Part shown: one piece after another, positions 7,869 to 17,100 of the stretch
How the letters are laid out: each line of letters opens with the position of its first letter
How positions within the stretch are numbered: the first letter of the stretch is position 1
Virus record (IMG/VR): IMGVR_UViG_3300042924_003258
Location: 1 to 58,092 of that record
Source: a virus
Taxonomy: Duplodnaviria > Caudoviricetes
Length of the DNA: 58,092 nucleotides
Reading direction: 5' to 3' (one strand)
Made by a program: the position numbers and the translations under genes
Notes under the pieces: generated by a model
Told to the model about the DNA's origin: nothing
What the model saw: only the letters and a program-made list of their open reading frames with translations
Database searches by the model: none

Positions 7869-8309
7869 CTACCAGCCAATTTCGTTGGGAGCCATGGCCT
7901 GCGCCTCCTCGCCCGGCTGCTTGAACTTCTTGCCGCCAGCGGGCTTCTCGGCGGGCGCGGGGTCAAGGTCGCTGCCACCCTTGCCGCTGCCAAGGAACTG
8001 GAACGACTCAACCACAACCTTGATCTTGCTGCGCTTCTCGCCGTCCTTCTCCCACGAGTCCAGTTTCAACCGGCCATCGATGAACACCGGCTTGCCCTTC
8101 GCCAGATACTTCGCCATGATCTCAGCGGTCTTGCCCCACGCTTCGCAGTCAACGAAGGTGACTTCTTCCTTGTCCGCGCCCGCCTGGTCTTTCCACTTGC
8201 GATTGATCGCGAGGCCGATCTGGGCGACAGCCGTTCCGCTGCTGAGGTTCTTCAACTCCACGTCGCGAGTGAGATTCCCAATGAGGATGACTTTGTTGAC
8301 GTTTGCCAT
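7869..8309 (-). CDS. ssb: single-stranded DNA-binding protein
   Basis: NKVILIGNLTRDVEL...FVDCEAWGKTAE...KGKPVFIDGRL OB-fold. Confidence 0.97.
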   Translation of the reverse strand: MANVNKVILIGNLTRDVELKNLSSGTAVAQIGLAINRKWKDQAGADKEEVTFVDCEAWGKTAEIMAKYLAKGKPVFIDGRLKLDSWEKDGEKRSKIKVVVESFQFLGSGKGGSDLDPAPAEKPAGGKKFKQPGEEAQAMAPNEIGW

Positions 8310-8965
8310 TACTTTGCTTTCTCCATGAGGGGCAGGACTTCACTCAGAAACTTTGGGCCGTCGTCGTCGGGTTCCAACTCGGCGGGCTTGGGCACGGCTT
8401 CGACTGTGACCGGCTCGACCTGCGGGGCTGGCTCGTCGTCCAGTTCCTCGCGGATGCCAACGCCTTGCAGCACGTCCGCGAACGCATCCCGCAACGCCCA
8501 CGACTTCGCACGCCATTCCAGCATCCGGCGCGGGTAGGATGACCAAGTGCCCTTGCCCGCAAGCCCGGCCTTCTTCGCGTCTGCCATTGAAAACTTGCGA
8601 ACCGTGGGGTTCTTGTCGCCCTCGCGGTAGACCGTGGCGACGGATGCCATCGCGTCACCCTCGCCCGTGGTTTCAACGTCGATGCCTTGGCACTTGCCGC
8701 TGGCCCGGACCACGGCGACCAGAGCATCGCCCCAGACGGTCGGCCTGCCGTTGATGACGGCGATGCCCTGCACAGCCTGAAACGGGTTCAGCCCCAGTAC
8801 CGCGCCGTGCATGATCGCCATGGTCGCCTGCTCCGGCGTCAACTTGGTCCAGCCCGAACGGACCAGCCCGTTCGCCATGCGGCTCGCTTGTGACAGCGTG
8901 CCAATCTCGGGCTTGCCGTCGCGTAGCACGATGTCTGTCTTCTCTTGCTTGACGATTTCGCTCAC
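8309..8965 (-). CDS. RecT-like single-strand annealing protein
   Basis: GLNPFQAVQGIAVINGRPTVWGD...WSSYPRRMLEWRA..ALRDAF; located next to the exonuclease. Confidence 0.8.
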   Translation of the reverse strand: MSEIVKQEKTDIVLRDGKPEIGTLSQASRMANGLVRSGWTKLTPEQATMAIMHGAVLGLNPFQAVQGIAVINGRPTVWGDALVAVVRASGKCQGIDVETTGEGDAMASVATVYREGDKNPTVRKFSMADAKKAGLAGKGTWSSYPRRMLEWRAKSWALRDAFADVLQGVGIREELDDEPAPQVEPVTVEAVPKPAELEPDDDGPKFLSEVLPLMEKAK

Positions 8966-9789
8966 AGTTCAACCTCCATTCCGGCCACAGCCCACTTCGG
9001 CAACGCCAGCGGCCTCGGTGCGGTGTCGTAACCGGGCCACTTGCCCGCCTTCTCGCACGCGGCCACGTCCAGCAGCAGGCCGTTCAGCACATCGCCGAAG
9101 TAGTCACGCTGCTCTTTGGTCACTTGAAACACGTTGACGCCGTGGGGCGGTTCGTTCTCAACTGCGATGATCTCGACGGACTGGACCGCGATACCCGCCA
9201 TGCTGCACGCGCGTTCGTACATCGCTGCTTGCAGGGGGTAGCCGAAGTTCGCGGCGTCGCGCCCGAAGGCGTTGTCGCTGGCGTCCCGCGTGGTCTTGAT
9301 GTCCACGATGGTCGCGGCGTCGGCGAGAAGGATGATCTTGTCCAACCGGGCCTTGCACTTGATGCCGCTCGGGTCGTCCCACACGATGACCGTTTCGGTG
9401 TGCCCCGCCGTGTCACGCAGGGATCGGGCGTGCGGGTGCATGGAGATGCGCCGGGCCATGCCGCGAACCGCTTGGGCCTGCTCTTGCGAGAGGATCGAGC
9501 GGCCATCGGCCACCTTGACCAAGGCGGCGTATTCGTCCTTGCCTTGCTTGGTGCGACGATCCGGTACGTCCGCGATAAGGAACCGCACATCGAACGTCGG
9601 GCGTTCCAGCAACCAGCAATGCAACGCCTCGCCAACGAGCATCGCATCCGACTGCTCGGAGCGTTCGCCGTTCATAGCCTCGAACGCATGGGCCATGCTT
9701 CGCCGACCGTGCTTGATTGACGAGTAGTTCCACGCCTTGATCGCGGCGTACTCGTGCATGGGCATGTTGTGATACATCGCTGCTGCCAT
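8962..9789 (-). CDS. RecE/ExoVIII-like PD-(D/E)XK exonuclease (DUF3799-like)
   Basis: SDAMLVGEALHCWLLE, CKARLD, IVDIKTT, YPLQAAMY. Confidence 0.88.
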   Translation of the reverse strand: MAAAMYHNMPMHEYAAIKAWNYSSIKHGRRSMAHAFEAMNGERSEQSDAMLVGEALHCWLLERPTFDVRFLIADVPDRRTKQGKDEYAALVKVADGRSILSQEQAQAVRGMARRISMHPHARSLRDTAGHTETVIVWDDPSGIKCKARLDKIILLADAATIVDIKTTRDASDNAFGRDAANFGYPLQAAMYERACSMAGIAVQSVEIIAVENEPPHGVNVFQVTKEQRDYFGDVLNGLLLDVAACEKAGKWPGYDTAPRPLALPKWAVAGMEVEL

Positions 9790-9939
9790 AAACCCACCAG
9801 CCCCGTTCCCGAGGCTGGCGAAGTAGGGATGCTCCCAGCACCCTTCGCGCCTCTCCATCGGGCAATGGAGGTTCGGGCGGCGCGGCCCATGTAAACCCAC
9901 CCCGCGCGGCTACACGCGAGGCGGGGAGAGGAGGAGAGG

Positions 9940-10227
9940 TCAGGGGTTCTTTCCGGCAAAGACTTCGCGCATCTCTGCAAACGCTTCTCGCCTGCCTTGT
10001 TCAAGGCCATACTGGAATCCGGCCTTCCACGAATCAGCAGAGACTCGCGCGTACGACAAGGCCGTAGCAGCCAAAGACGTGCCATCCGTGGCACTCGGCG
10101 GAGGAGTCGCCGGGGCGTCCTGCCCAGCCTGAGAGAGTTTGGTTTCGGTCGCGCCAGCAGTGCGGCGTACGAAGTCCGCTTGCTCCTGCTCGATGGTCGT
10201 GTCGTCTACTTGGTGTTCAGTTGCCAT
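9940..10227 (-). CDS. hypothetical protein
   Basis: GGAGG RBS before MATEHQV. Confidence 0.55.
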   Translation of the reverse strand: MATEHQVDDTTIEQEQADFVRRTAGATETKLSQAGQDAPATPPPSATDGTSLAATALSYARVSADSWKAGFQYGLEQGRREAFAEMREVFAGKNP

Positions 10228-10376
10228 CTTGCCTCCCATCTACCACCGCATCCGCCGCATCCTGCACCGGATCGCGCGGCATGTCTCGCGACCACGCACA
10301 CCAGTCGCACAGGACCGTGCCCAACGCAACGCGCGTTGGGTCGCCACAGTCAGGGCAGTGTGTTGGGTCGTGTATC

Positions 10377-10410
10377 AAAACCCCACCGCGCCGCATCCGA
10401 CGCGGTGGAG
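10377..10410 (-). terminator. terminator-like hairpin
   Basis: CTCCACCGCG-loop-CGCGGTGGGG followed by TTTT, after the stop at 10420. Confidence 0.5.
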
Positions 10411-10419
10411 CGAGTCGCG

Positions 10420-10653
10420 CTAGTGCGCGGATGTGACGGGTGACTCGTTCAAACGCCGAATCAGCGCGTCTGCCTGACTAACCGAATACGCGGCAAGTTC
10501 AACAAAGCCGGTATCGATGTACGCCTCGTTCGCGCAGAACCCCTGCATCGCCATCGCCGCGAACAACTCGCGTTTGGTGAGGCCAGCACTTGCGTTGATT
10601 CGACTCACTGTCGCGTCTTGAAGCGGAAACGCCGGTTCATTTGCTTGGCTCAC
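10420..10653 (-). CDS. conserved small phage protein
   Basis: PAFP...GLTKRELFAAMAMQG...AY..ADAL motif. Confidence 0.75.
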   Translation of the reverse strand: MSQANEPAFPLQDATVSRINASAGLTKRELFAAMAMQGFCANEAYIDTGFVELAAYSVSQADALIRRLNESPVTSAH

Positions 10654-10859
10654 TTCGCACCTCCAAACAACACGCAGCCCCACCAACCAAGTGCGATCAT
10701 GCCCGCGTTCAACGCCGCCAGCAACAACGATGTCGCTAGCCTCCCGCCGGGTGAATCCACGGACGCGCCGGGCTTCTTCGGAAGCGAGTTCGCATAGAAC
10801 GAAAACAGCGGCCAGAAGACCAACGCAAACGCCACGAACACAAAGAAGATGGCCTTCAT
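10650..10859 (-). CDS. two-TM membrane protein
   Basis: Two hydrophobic segments; coupled start and stop. Confidence 0.6.
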   Translation of the reverse strand: MKAIFFVFVAFALVFWPLFSFYANSLPKKPGASVDSPGGRLATSLLLAALNAGMIALGWWGCVLFGGAK

Positions 10860-11248
10860 TGCCCACCCCCTGCGGCGCGGAAGGCGGAAAGGGCCGAATC
10901 AATCTTGTCTAGGTAGATTCCATAGTCGCCAGCCACCCTCGCATACTCATCGTTTGCCGCCTCCGCCAACTCCCTCGCCGCCCTCACAAACTCAGCGGGG
11001 TTGGGGATGCCTGCCAAGGCGTTGACGCAGGAGACGATGCGGGTGGCGTTGGCAAGTGCCTCGTTCGGCTTGATGCCGTCGATGTTTGTCGCGCTTTGGA
11101 ACCCGCAGACTTCGCCGCGATACTTCTCGGCGTTCAATTGAACGACGTAGCCAACCCATTCGGTACTCAGACCCCTAACAAGACAGCCGACCTGCTTGAA
11201 CTCGCCTTCTGCCAACCACGGCTCCGGCGTGTGTTTCTGCTCACTCAT
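10856..11248 (-). CDS. phage protein of the KHTPGPW...ANARxI type
   Basis: KHTPEPW and ANATRIVSCVNALAGI. Confidence 0.7.
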   Translation of the reverse strand: MSEQKHTPEPWLAEGEFKQVGCLVRGLSTEWVGYVVQLNAEKYRGEVCGFQSATNIDGIKPNEALANATRIVSCVNALAGIPNPAEFVRAARELAEAANDEYARVAGDYGIYLDKIDSALSAFRAAGGGQ

Positions 11249-11442
11249 CGCACACCTCCCAAAACTCTCTCAGCCCTCGCCTCGCGCCAAGCGAGAACGT
11301 CCCGCTCGCGCCATTGCAGGCGTTTTTCTACTCGCTCGGGTTGGGGGAACTGGTGGTTCCGAATCCTGCGGTCGATGAACTGGTACGGATGCGACCCCTC
11401 ATAACCAAGCAATCTTGCTACGTCCTTCGCTTCAAGCCACAT
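11245..11442 (-). CDS. AlpA/excisionase-like HTH protein
   Basis: WLEAKDVARLLG...FPQPERV...WRERDVLAW; adjacent to the integrase. Confidence 0.8.
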   Translation of the reverse strand: MWLEAKDVARLLGYEGSHPYQFIDRRIRNHQFPQPERVEKRLQWRERDVLAWREARAERVLGGVR

Positions 11443-11448
11443 GGCAAA

Positions 11449-11477
11449 AGTATACCGTTTTCTCTATCTGGCGTCAA
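11449..11477 (-). promoter_or_regulatory. sigma70-type promoter, probably giving a leaderless mRNA
   Basis: TTGACG-N17-TATACT; the ATG at 11442 lies 7 nt after the -10 box. Confidence 0.75.
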
Positions 11478-12588
11478 GGGTTTGTAGCAGATTTTCTCCA
11501 TTGACTTCGCAAACCATTGTGGCTATGTGAGTTGCGGACACGAGCGAGGCAATGCGACTGGCAGGGAACCGCTCGTAGTAATACTTCTTGACCGTTTCCT
11601 CCGTGTCGCCAAGGGCCTCCGCGACCAACTGGAACGACGCCCCGCCGCGTATCCAGTCCGTAGCCAATGACTTACGCAGCGTGTGCAGGGGCTTGCCGTA
11701 GTCTGCAATACCCGCCTCGATCCTCGCCTTGTCGATGATGCGGGCGTGGTGTTCACGGAAGCCACGGCAAGGCCCGTCGTCGTAACTCTCGTCCTGCGCC
11801 TTGAGCAGCAGACCCGCGAGGGTTGCGTCCATTGGGGCGAATCGGTCCCGCTGTTTGGTGCCCCGGTCCATGCGCCCGTTGCTCTCGCGGACGGGAATGT
11901 GAATGACGTTGTTGTGCCATTGAATGTCGGTCCATCGCAGGTTGCGTATCTCCTCGCGACGAAGCCCAGCCCGGCGTGCGATGCTGAACGCGAGGAACGC
12001 CGTGGGGTTGGTGATGTACCCGGCGATGGCGTCGGCCTGTGCCTGCGACACGTAGGACCAACCAGCAGCCCCGCCCGCCGCGATGTTCAGCGTGTGCGTG
12101 CGTAGGGCCTTCTTCGCGAACGGGTTTCGCTGGGCGAGGGGTGTGGAGCGATTCACCGCGTACTCGAAGACCACGCCAAGCCGGGCCACGATGCCCGCGA
12201 TGGTGTTGGCACTCAACTTGTCCGAGTCGCGGCCCTTCGCATCCCTCAAGTGATTCACGAACTGGCGTGCGTGTTCGGCCCCAACGTCGCGTACCCGCTT
12301 GTTGCCGATGACGCCGATGAGCCGGTCGATGGCGGCAACCTGGTCGGCTAGCGTCTTCGCGTTGAGGTCCGTGCGTTCCAGCCGGTAGGCGTCACGCCAC
12401 GCGAGGAGCGTTGTGGGGTCCACCCTCCCGACCATGACGCCACGCTCGGCAATGCGTTGAGTCGCCAGCCGTTCGGCGTCCTTCTTGCCGCCGATAGCGT
12501 CCTTGCGGCCCAGCGATTCACGCGAGCGCGTTCCATCGGGCAACTGATAGGACAACTGCCAGTAGTCGCCGTTAGACCGGACGCGCAT
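11464..12588 (-). CDS. int: tyrosine recombinase / integrase
   Basis: GLRREEI (R), TKQ (K), HTLR (HxxR), LGD...KKYY (Y); N-terminal arm-binding-like and SAM-like segments. Confidence 0.92.
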   Translation of the reverse strand: MRVRSNGDYWQLSYQLPDGTRSRESLGRKDAIGGKKDAERLATQRIAERGVMVGRVDPTTLLAWRDAYRLERTDLNAKTLADQVAAIDRLIGVIGNKRVRDVGAEHARQFVNHLRDAKGRDSDKLSANTIAGIVARLGVVFEYAVNRSTPLAQRNPFAKKALRTHTLNIAAGGAAGWSYVSQAQADAIAGYITNPTAFLAFSIARRAGLRREEIRNLRWTDIQWHNNVIHIPVRESNGRMDRGTKQRDRFAPMDATLAGLLLKAQDESYDDGPCRGFREHHARIIDKARIEAGIADYGKPLHTLRKSLATDWIRGGASFQLVAEALGDTEETVKKYYYERFPASRIASLVSATHIATMVCEVNGENLLQTLDAR

Positions 12589-12901
12589 GGGGATTCTCCG
12601 CGTAGGACACAGCAAACTCGGCGGCGGCGAGCGCAACGGCTTCTTGTTCGCTTGTCGCACTGGCCTTGCAGTAGATTCTACGGTCGCCGTCCGTCAGTTT
12701 GACTTCGGTGTGTCCGCGTTCCCACCGCACCAACTCAATAACGCACGCCGGTCGGCCTTTGGCTTTGTCGCCAGCGTTGAGCCACGCCTTGACCATTTCG
12801 CAAAGTTCGGCATCAGAAGTAAACGCGCGGGCAACGCCAGAGAGATGATACCCACGGCTACCAAAAAGCCCCGCCACCTTCGCATCCAATTCACGATTCA
12901 T
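12572..12901 (-). CDS. hypothetical phage protein
   Basis: NRELDAKVA...AVALAA pattern; GGAG RBS. Confidence 0.65.
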   Translation of the reverse strand: MNRELDAKVAGLFGSRGYHLSGVARAFTSDAELCEMVKAWLNAGDKAKGRPACVIELVRWERGHTEVKLTDGDRRIYCKASATSEQEAVALAAAEFAVSYAENPHARPV

Positions 12902-12911
12902 TACTGGACTC

Positions 12912-13118
12912 CTATCGCGTCAACATCGCGTCGCCTGCGTCTACCTGATCTAACTGCTGGTTGTAGTGTCTCGGCACGTCACGAGCAACCACAAGCACGA
13001 CTTTGCCATTAGCAACGGCCACCGCGCAAACCTTTCCCTTGAATGGCGTTGAACCCTCCGGCATCCACTTCCGGTAAGACACCTCTACTCCGACGAGATT
13101 GCTCAGTACGTCAGACAT
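12912..13118 (-). CDS. hypothetical protein
   Basis: GGAGG RBS; tightly packed. Confidence 0.55.
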   Translation of the reverse strand: MSDVLSNLVGVEVSYRKWMPEGSTPFKGKVCAVAVANGKVVLVVARDVPRHYNQQLDQVDAGDAMLTR

Positions 13119-13353
13119 CCTTAGCCTCCTTTCGATTGCCTGTCAGGTCGCGGTAATGCGCCCCCTCCGGCGTGTTGTGCGTGAGGAACCGCGCGGCCTT
13201 GATCGGGTCGGCGATGCTAACCGCAGCGTGCAGGGCGAGAGTCTTCGGCACGGGCTTGCCCATGATCCGCGTGAGGTCGTCGGCGAGCCTGTTCAGCGTG
13301 TCGTCCGTGCCCCATGATGGGGCCAGCATGTAGATTGTGCGTTTGGCGGGCAT
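13111..13353 (-). CDS. small protein, possibly ribbon-helix-helix
   Basis: MPAKRTIYM...DDTLNRLADDL...KTLALHAAV; resemblance is weak. Confidence 0.45.
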   Translation of the reverse strand: MPAKRTIYMLAPSWGTDDTLNRLADDLTRIMGKPVPKTLALHAAVSIADPIKAARFLTHNTPEGAHYRDLTGNRKEAKDV

Positions 13354-13388
13354 AATCCGACCCCTCGCGTTTCGGCGAGGGGGCGGGT

Positions 13389-13637
13389 TCAAATCATCTC
13401 GTCCTGATGCCATTCGACTTCCCAATCCGACATGGGCAGGCTGCCCCAGCCGTTGTTTGTCCCAATGGCGACGTTGAAGGAAAACTCGTAGCCGTGCGAC
13501 TCAATCGCGTTGCGTGTCCGAACGATGCCGCAACCACAGGCGTTGGCGATGTCAGACAGGCTGCGCGTTTTGTTCTCCGACTTGGCCAGCATCTTGCGGG
13601 CAGTCTCGATGATGGTTTGTGTGCTTACCCGTGCCAT
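13389..13637 (-). CDS. small HTH-like protein
   Basis: SLSDIANACGCGIVRTRNAI; AAGGA RBS. Confidence 0.55.
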   Translation of the reverse strand: MARVSTQTIIETARKMLAKSENKTRSLSDIANACGCGIVRTRNAIESHGYEFSFNVAIGTNNGWGSLPMSDWEVEWHQDEMI

Positions 13638-13679
13638 TCGTTTCCTTTCTGCGTTTCGGCGAGGGGTGGGGTGGGGTGG

Positions 13680-13877
13680 TTACTTGGTCTGCTTCGGCAA
13701 CAACCGATCCGCACACCGCTTGCACAGCCATCGCCCACGGCTGCAACGGACGTACCCGTGTTTCTCGGCCTCAGCTATGCACTGATTGCGCGTCGTCGCG
13801 CCCCAGACGTTTGTAGATGGGTCGTCGCAGTCGGGCGAGTCGCAACGAACGCCATATTCGACGATTCGTACGATCAC
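13680..13877 (-). CDS. small zinc-binding protein
   Basis: CDSPDC...CKRC. Confidence 0.6.
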   Translation of the reverse strand: MIVRIVEYGVRCDSPDCDDPSTNVWGATTRNQCIAEAEKHGYVRCSRGRWLCKRCADRLLPKQTK

Positions 13878-14203
13878 GCGACACCTCCACGAGCCTTCGC
13901 GATTGCGGCGCGGGCGGCTAGAACGTCATCCCACTGGATGCCGTCAACCTGCGACGGTTCGCCGTCCACCTCGCACTCGGTTGCGTCTTTGACCAACGCC
14001 TCCAGAGCCGCCAGCAGGCACGGACTCGCGGCGATGAGGCGGGCGTTGGCCATGTCTTCATCGTTCGGACGGTCGCCGACAAGTTGCACTTGGCAGCACA
14101 GCCCGCGATCATCGGCAATCCGACCCTCTACGAAGAGCGAGGTTTCTTCGCGTCCGCGAAACACCTTGACATCCCAGGGCCCTTCCGTGTGCTTCGCCTG
14201 CAT
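13874..14203 (-). CDS. phage protein of the KHTxGPW...ANARLIAA type
   Basis: KHTEGPW, ANARLIAASP.LLAALE, ARAAIAKA. Confidence 0.75.
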   Translation of the reverse strand: MQAKHTEGPWDVKVFRGREETSLFVEGRIADDRGLCCQVQLVGDRPNDEDMANARLIAASPCLLAALEALVKDATECEVDGEPSQVDGIQWDDVLAARAAIAKARGGVA

Positions 14204-14292
14204 GTCCTTCTCCATTGCTTTCGCTACCTTCCTGTGTTGAACGTCACTGTAACCCGGTGCCATTGCTGCCAAAGCTGATGCGAGGGTTGGGG

Positions 14293-14442
14293 TCACTTGG
14301 CACCGCCTTCCGATGTTTTTTCTACTCGCTTGGGGTGCCAAAATCCGCATCGTGGGCACTTCTTGCTCTCGTTGCCCCTAACGCCCTTCCATCCGCACCT
14401 CTCGCAGACACAAACAAACTTGGGAATCCAATTGCGTCCCAT
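14293..14442 (-). CDS. 49-aa zinc-ribbon protein (below the ORF-track cutoff)
   Basis: MGRNWIPKFVCVCERCGWKG...CPRCG; GGAGG RBS. Confidence 0.6.
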   Translation of the reverse strand: MGRNWIPKFVCVCERCGWKGVRGNESKKCPRCGFWHPKRVEKTSEGGAK

Positions 14443-14647
14443 CACTGGCCTCCAATCTTGCGGAGATGCTTGGGGTCTACTAATCTCTTGACGTGCGAAT
14501 CATCGACTCGCGTTATCCAGTCTTGGGGCACGGGCTGCACGCTGGCAACAAGGATGACCCACACCCTTCCGTCAGCAGACTTCTCGCCGGTCAACAGGGC
14601 TGGCCTTGGGCTTGTGCCGGGACCGTGGTTGTATTCGTGTGTGTAAT

Positions 14648-15052
14648 TCACTTCACACCTCCGTTCATCGCCTGATCGACCTTGCGCCAGTACGCGAGGG
14701 TTGCGGCCTTGCGGTGTCCGCGTGGGCCGCCGTTCCAGTTCCGCGCCACCTTTTCCGCGTCCCCACACTTCGCGTAGTGGTCCGAGTAGACCCGGAACAT
14801 CTCGCGCGACTTTGCGGGGTCCAGGCGGTCGGCCAAGGTGTACCGATCCTCGCCGAGAATGCGGTTCACGTCCTCGACCATGACGGGGCGAATCTGCAAG
14901 ATGCCGACAGCCTTGCCGCCGTCGCCAACCGCGTTTGCCCGCCCGCTGGATTCGACCATCTCGATTGCGGGGAGGACTCTGGCATACCGATCCGCCTTGC
15001 CCGCGCCTAGCGCGAGGAAAGCACAAACAGATAGGACTACGATGCGTTTCAT
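14648..15052 (-). CDS. secreted lysozyme-fold protein (transglycosylase / i-type-like)
   Basis: Signal peptide MKRIVVLSVCAFLALGA; VES catalytic Glu; GILQI; ARNWNGGPRG. Confidence 0.8.
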   Translation of the reverse strand: MKRIVVLSVCAFLALGAGKADRYARVLPAIEMVESSGRANAVGDGGKAVGILQIRPVMVEDVNRILGEDRYTLADRLDPAKSREMFRVYSDHYAKCGDAEKVARNWNGGPRGHRKAATLAYWRKVDQAMNGGVK

Positions 15053-15216
15053 GGGCTTCTCCATGACACGCCCCCCGGCGAGGTAACGACTCGCGTGGGG
15101 GGCAACCTTTTGAAACCTGCGGGTACATATCAAACCCGCAAGTAAACCCGCCCAGTGCGTTTAGGCAGTGGGCGAGGGGTGGACATGGGCCTTGACTTGG
15201 GCCTCCACATAGGCCC

Positions 15217-15495
15217 CTAGCCAACAGAAACGCCGTTTTCTTGGCTAGCCGATTCTTCCCGAACCTTGGCTAGCCAATCAGACGCCACACGATTGATGCG
15301 ACGCGCCGCCCATGCGTACACGCAGCCCCGATGCCCAAACGCGCGGCGTGGGTCGGCATCAATCCGCTCTCCAGCCCCGCCCGTGCAAGCGACATAGCCA
15401 ATAAACCCCCTATCAAACTCCCCGCCGCATCCGTCGCATGTGCCGAGTTGATCCGATCCTCGCTGGGTCTGTGCGGTGTATACGCTGAACTGCAT
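15217..15495 (-). CDS. hypothetical early protein
   Basis: GGAG RBS; CDGC...HRGC. Confidence 0.55.
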   Translation of the reverse strand: MQFSVYTAQTQRGSDQLGTCDGCGGEFDRGFIGYVACTGGAGERIDADPRRAFGHRGCVYAWAARRINRVASDWLAKVREESASQENGVSVG

Positions 15496-15562
15496 GGGTT
15501 GCTCCCTGTAAGGAAACCTGTGCCGCGCCCCCGGAGCTGCAACTCGCGGGGGCACTTCATTG

Positions 15563-15587
15563 AGTTGTCAAGTACGCCTTGACAACT
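15563..15587. promoter_or_regulatory. perfect 10-bp inverted repeat
   Basis: AGTTGTCAAG-tacgc-CTTGACAACT in intergenic DNA. Confidence 0.55.
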
Positions 15588-15627
15588 GAAACCCGCCTGG
15601 CGTCGGTGGACGCGAGGCGAGGGGTGG

Positions 15628-15825
15628 TCAATCACAATCAACCATGTTGATAGCCTTCTCGATCACTTCGCATATCCGGGTGTCGTGGTTTTCCGACTTT
15701 TCCGCCGACAAGTCGCGCGCCCCCTCTATCGTGACGCGCCGACCAAACAGCCGCCACTTGCCCAAGTTAGCATTGAAAACCCACACTTCGTAGTACGTTC
15801 TTGGCGTTCGCGTGAACTCAGGCAT
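15628..15825 (-). CDS. hypothetical early protein
   Basis: GGAG RBS before MPEFTRTP. Confidence 0.6.
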   Translation of the reverse strand: MPEFTRTPRTYYEVWVFNANLGKWRLFGRRVTIEGARDLSAEKSENHDTRICEVIEKAINMVDCD

Positions 15826-16057
15826 TTTGCGACTCCATTTGGCGTTGCAGCGCGTCCCATCCGTAGGGCGATGGGTTTGCGGCGACAACGCCCAGACTCC
15901 CCGCGTCCCCGCTGGCGATTATGCCCGCGTCGGCGTAGGTGTCGATCAAGCCATTGCACAAGTCCGACGCGAGCCGGAACAGCGAACACACTGCGACACA
16001 CTCCCAAGGCGACACAAGCGAACGCTTGATGCAAACCAGATACTTTTCGCGCTCCAT
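15818..16057 (-). CDS. hypothetical early protein
   Basis: GAGGAG RBS before MEREKYLV. Confidence 0.55.
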   Translation of the reverse strand: MEREKYLVCIKRSLVSPWECVAVCSLFRLASDLCNGLIDTYADAGIIASGDAGSLGVVAANPSPYGWDALQRQMESQNA

Positions 16058-16169
16058 CGTTTGCTCCTCTGCTGCAACATTTTCCAAATCTCCGCCAGTT
16101 TCCGACGCCGGAAACTATGGCATTCTGCGAAACCCGCGCCGTCCTGTGGGGAGGGCGCGAGGGGTGGGG

Positions 16170-16742
16170 TTACAGTCGCTCGGTTTTATACAGCAGGGTT
16201 TCGTATTCCTCGCCCAGCAGGGCGCGCAGCCGCTTGGCTTCTGCGCCGCACGCTTCGTACGTGTCACGGGCCTTGATGCTGTCATCGCTGTAGCCGTACT
16301 CAGCCGCCCACGTAGCGAAGCAATCCGCCGCATCGAATCCGCTAGCGTCGGACGCGAGGCAATCCAGTACGTCGGCGAGGGTTGGTGCAACCGGCTCGGT
16401 GTGCCGGGCGATTACCTCCTCGCTCCAGATTGTCTTTTGCGACAAGAGCAAGTACGGCACGGGTCCGCCCGGCTTGTATTGAAACCGCTTGCGGTCGTGT
16501 TCGGAAAGCCCGTACGCTTCGATTCCGTGCTTGGGTTTCCATCGACGATGCGCACTGCCCATTGAGTATTCAACCCGCATCGTGTACCCGCGTGGGTTGG
16601 TGATGACGCATTCCCAGTGTGACGCGAACTTGTGCCAATCGTCCGTAGGCCCAGAACGCTTCGCGAGGGGTGATGCGGTCATCTTGAGGCCCAGGCGTTC
16701 GATAAACTGGTGTACGGTCGGGTTGGTATCATTCTGTGCCAT
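16170..16742 (-). CDS. conserved phage early protein
   Basis: PTLADVLDCLASDA...FATWAAEYGYSDDSIKA motif. Confidence 0.75.
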   Translation of the reverse strand: MAQNDTNPTVHQFIERLGLKMTASPLAKRSGPTDDWHKFASHWECVITNPRGYTMRVEYSMGSAHRRWKPKHGIEAYGLSEHDRKRFQYKPGGPVPYLLLSQKTIWSEEVIARHTEPVAPTLADVLDCLASDASGFDAADCFATWAAEYGYSDDSIKARDTYEACGAEAKRLRALLGEEYETLLYKTERL

Positions 16743-16863
16743 GACGATGCCTTTCATCGTTCGTGGTCCGGCGAGGGTTGGGGTGCTACCCAGCCCCGCC
16801 ATTCGGCCCACACTACGCGGGCCGTGAAACCCGCCCCTGGCGGTTAGGCCGGGGGCGAGGGAG

Positions 16864-17100
16864 TTAGGCCGATATCTCTGTGAACCTGATCCCGCTCCCG
16901 TTGAGGCTGCCCACTACCCACAACAGGCCGCGCCCGTTGCTATCTACAACCCGATAGGCAATGCCCGGATGAACCGCACGAATCCGATTCCCAGCCGCGC
17001 GAACGGTGCGGCGCACGTCCCTGAGCCAAACGGCAAGAGAATGCCTAGATTCATCTGAGCCGCCCTTGATACGCGAGGGTTGGATAGACTTAGTGGCCAT
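16864..17100 (-). CDS. hypothetical early protein
   Basis: GGAG RBS; followed by a repeat hairpin. Confidence 0.6.
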   Translation of the reverse strand: MATKSIQPSRIKGGSDESRHSLAVWLRDVRRTVRAAGNRIRAVHPGIAYRVVDSNGRGLLWVVGSLNGSGIRFTEISA

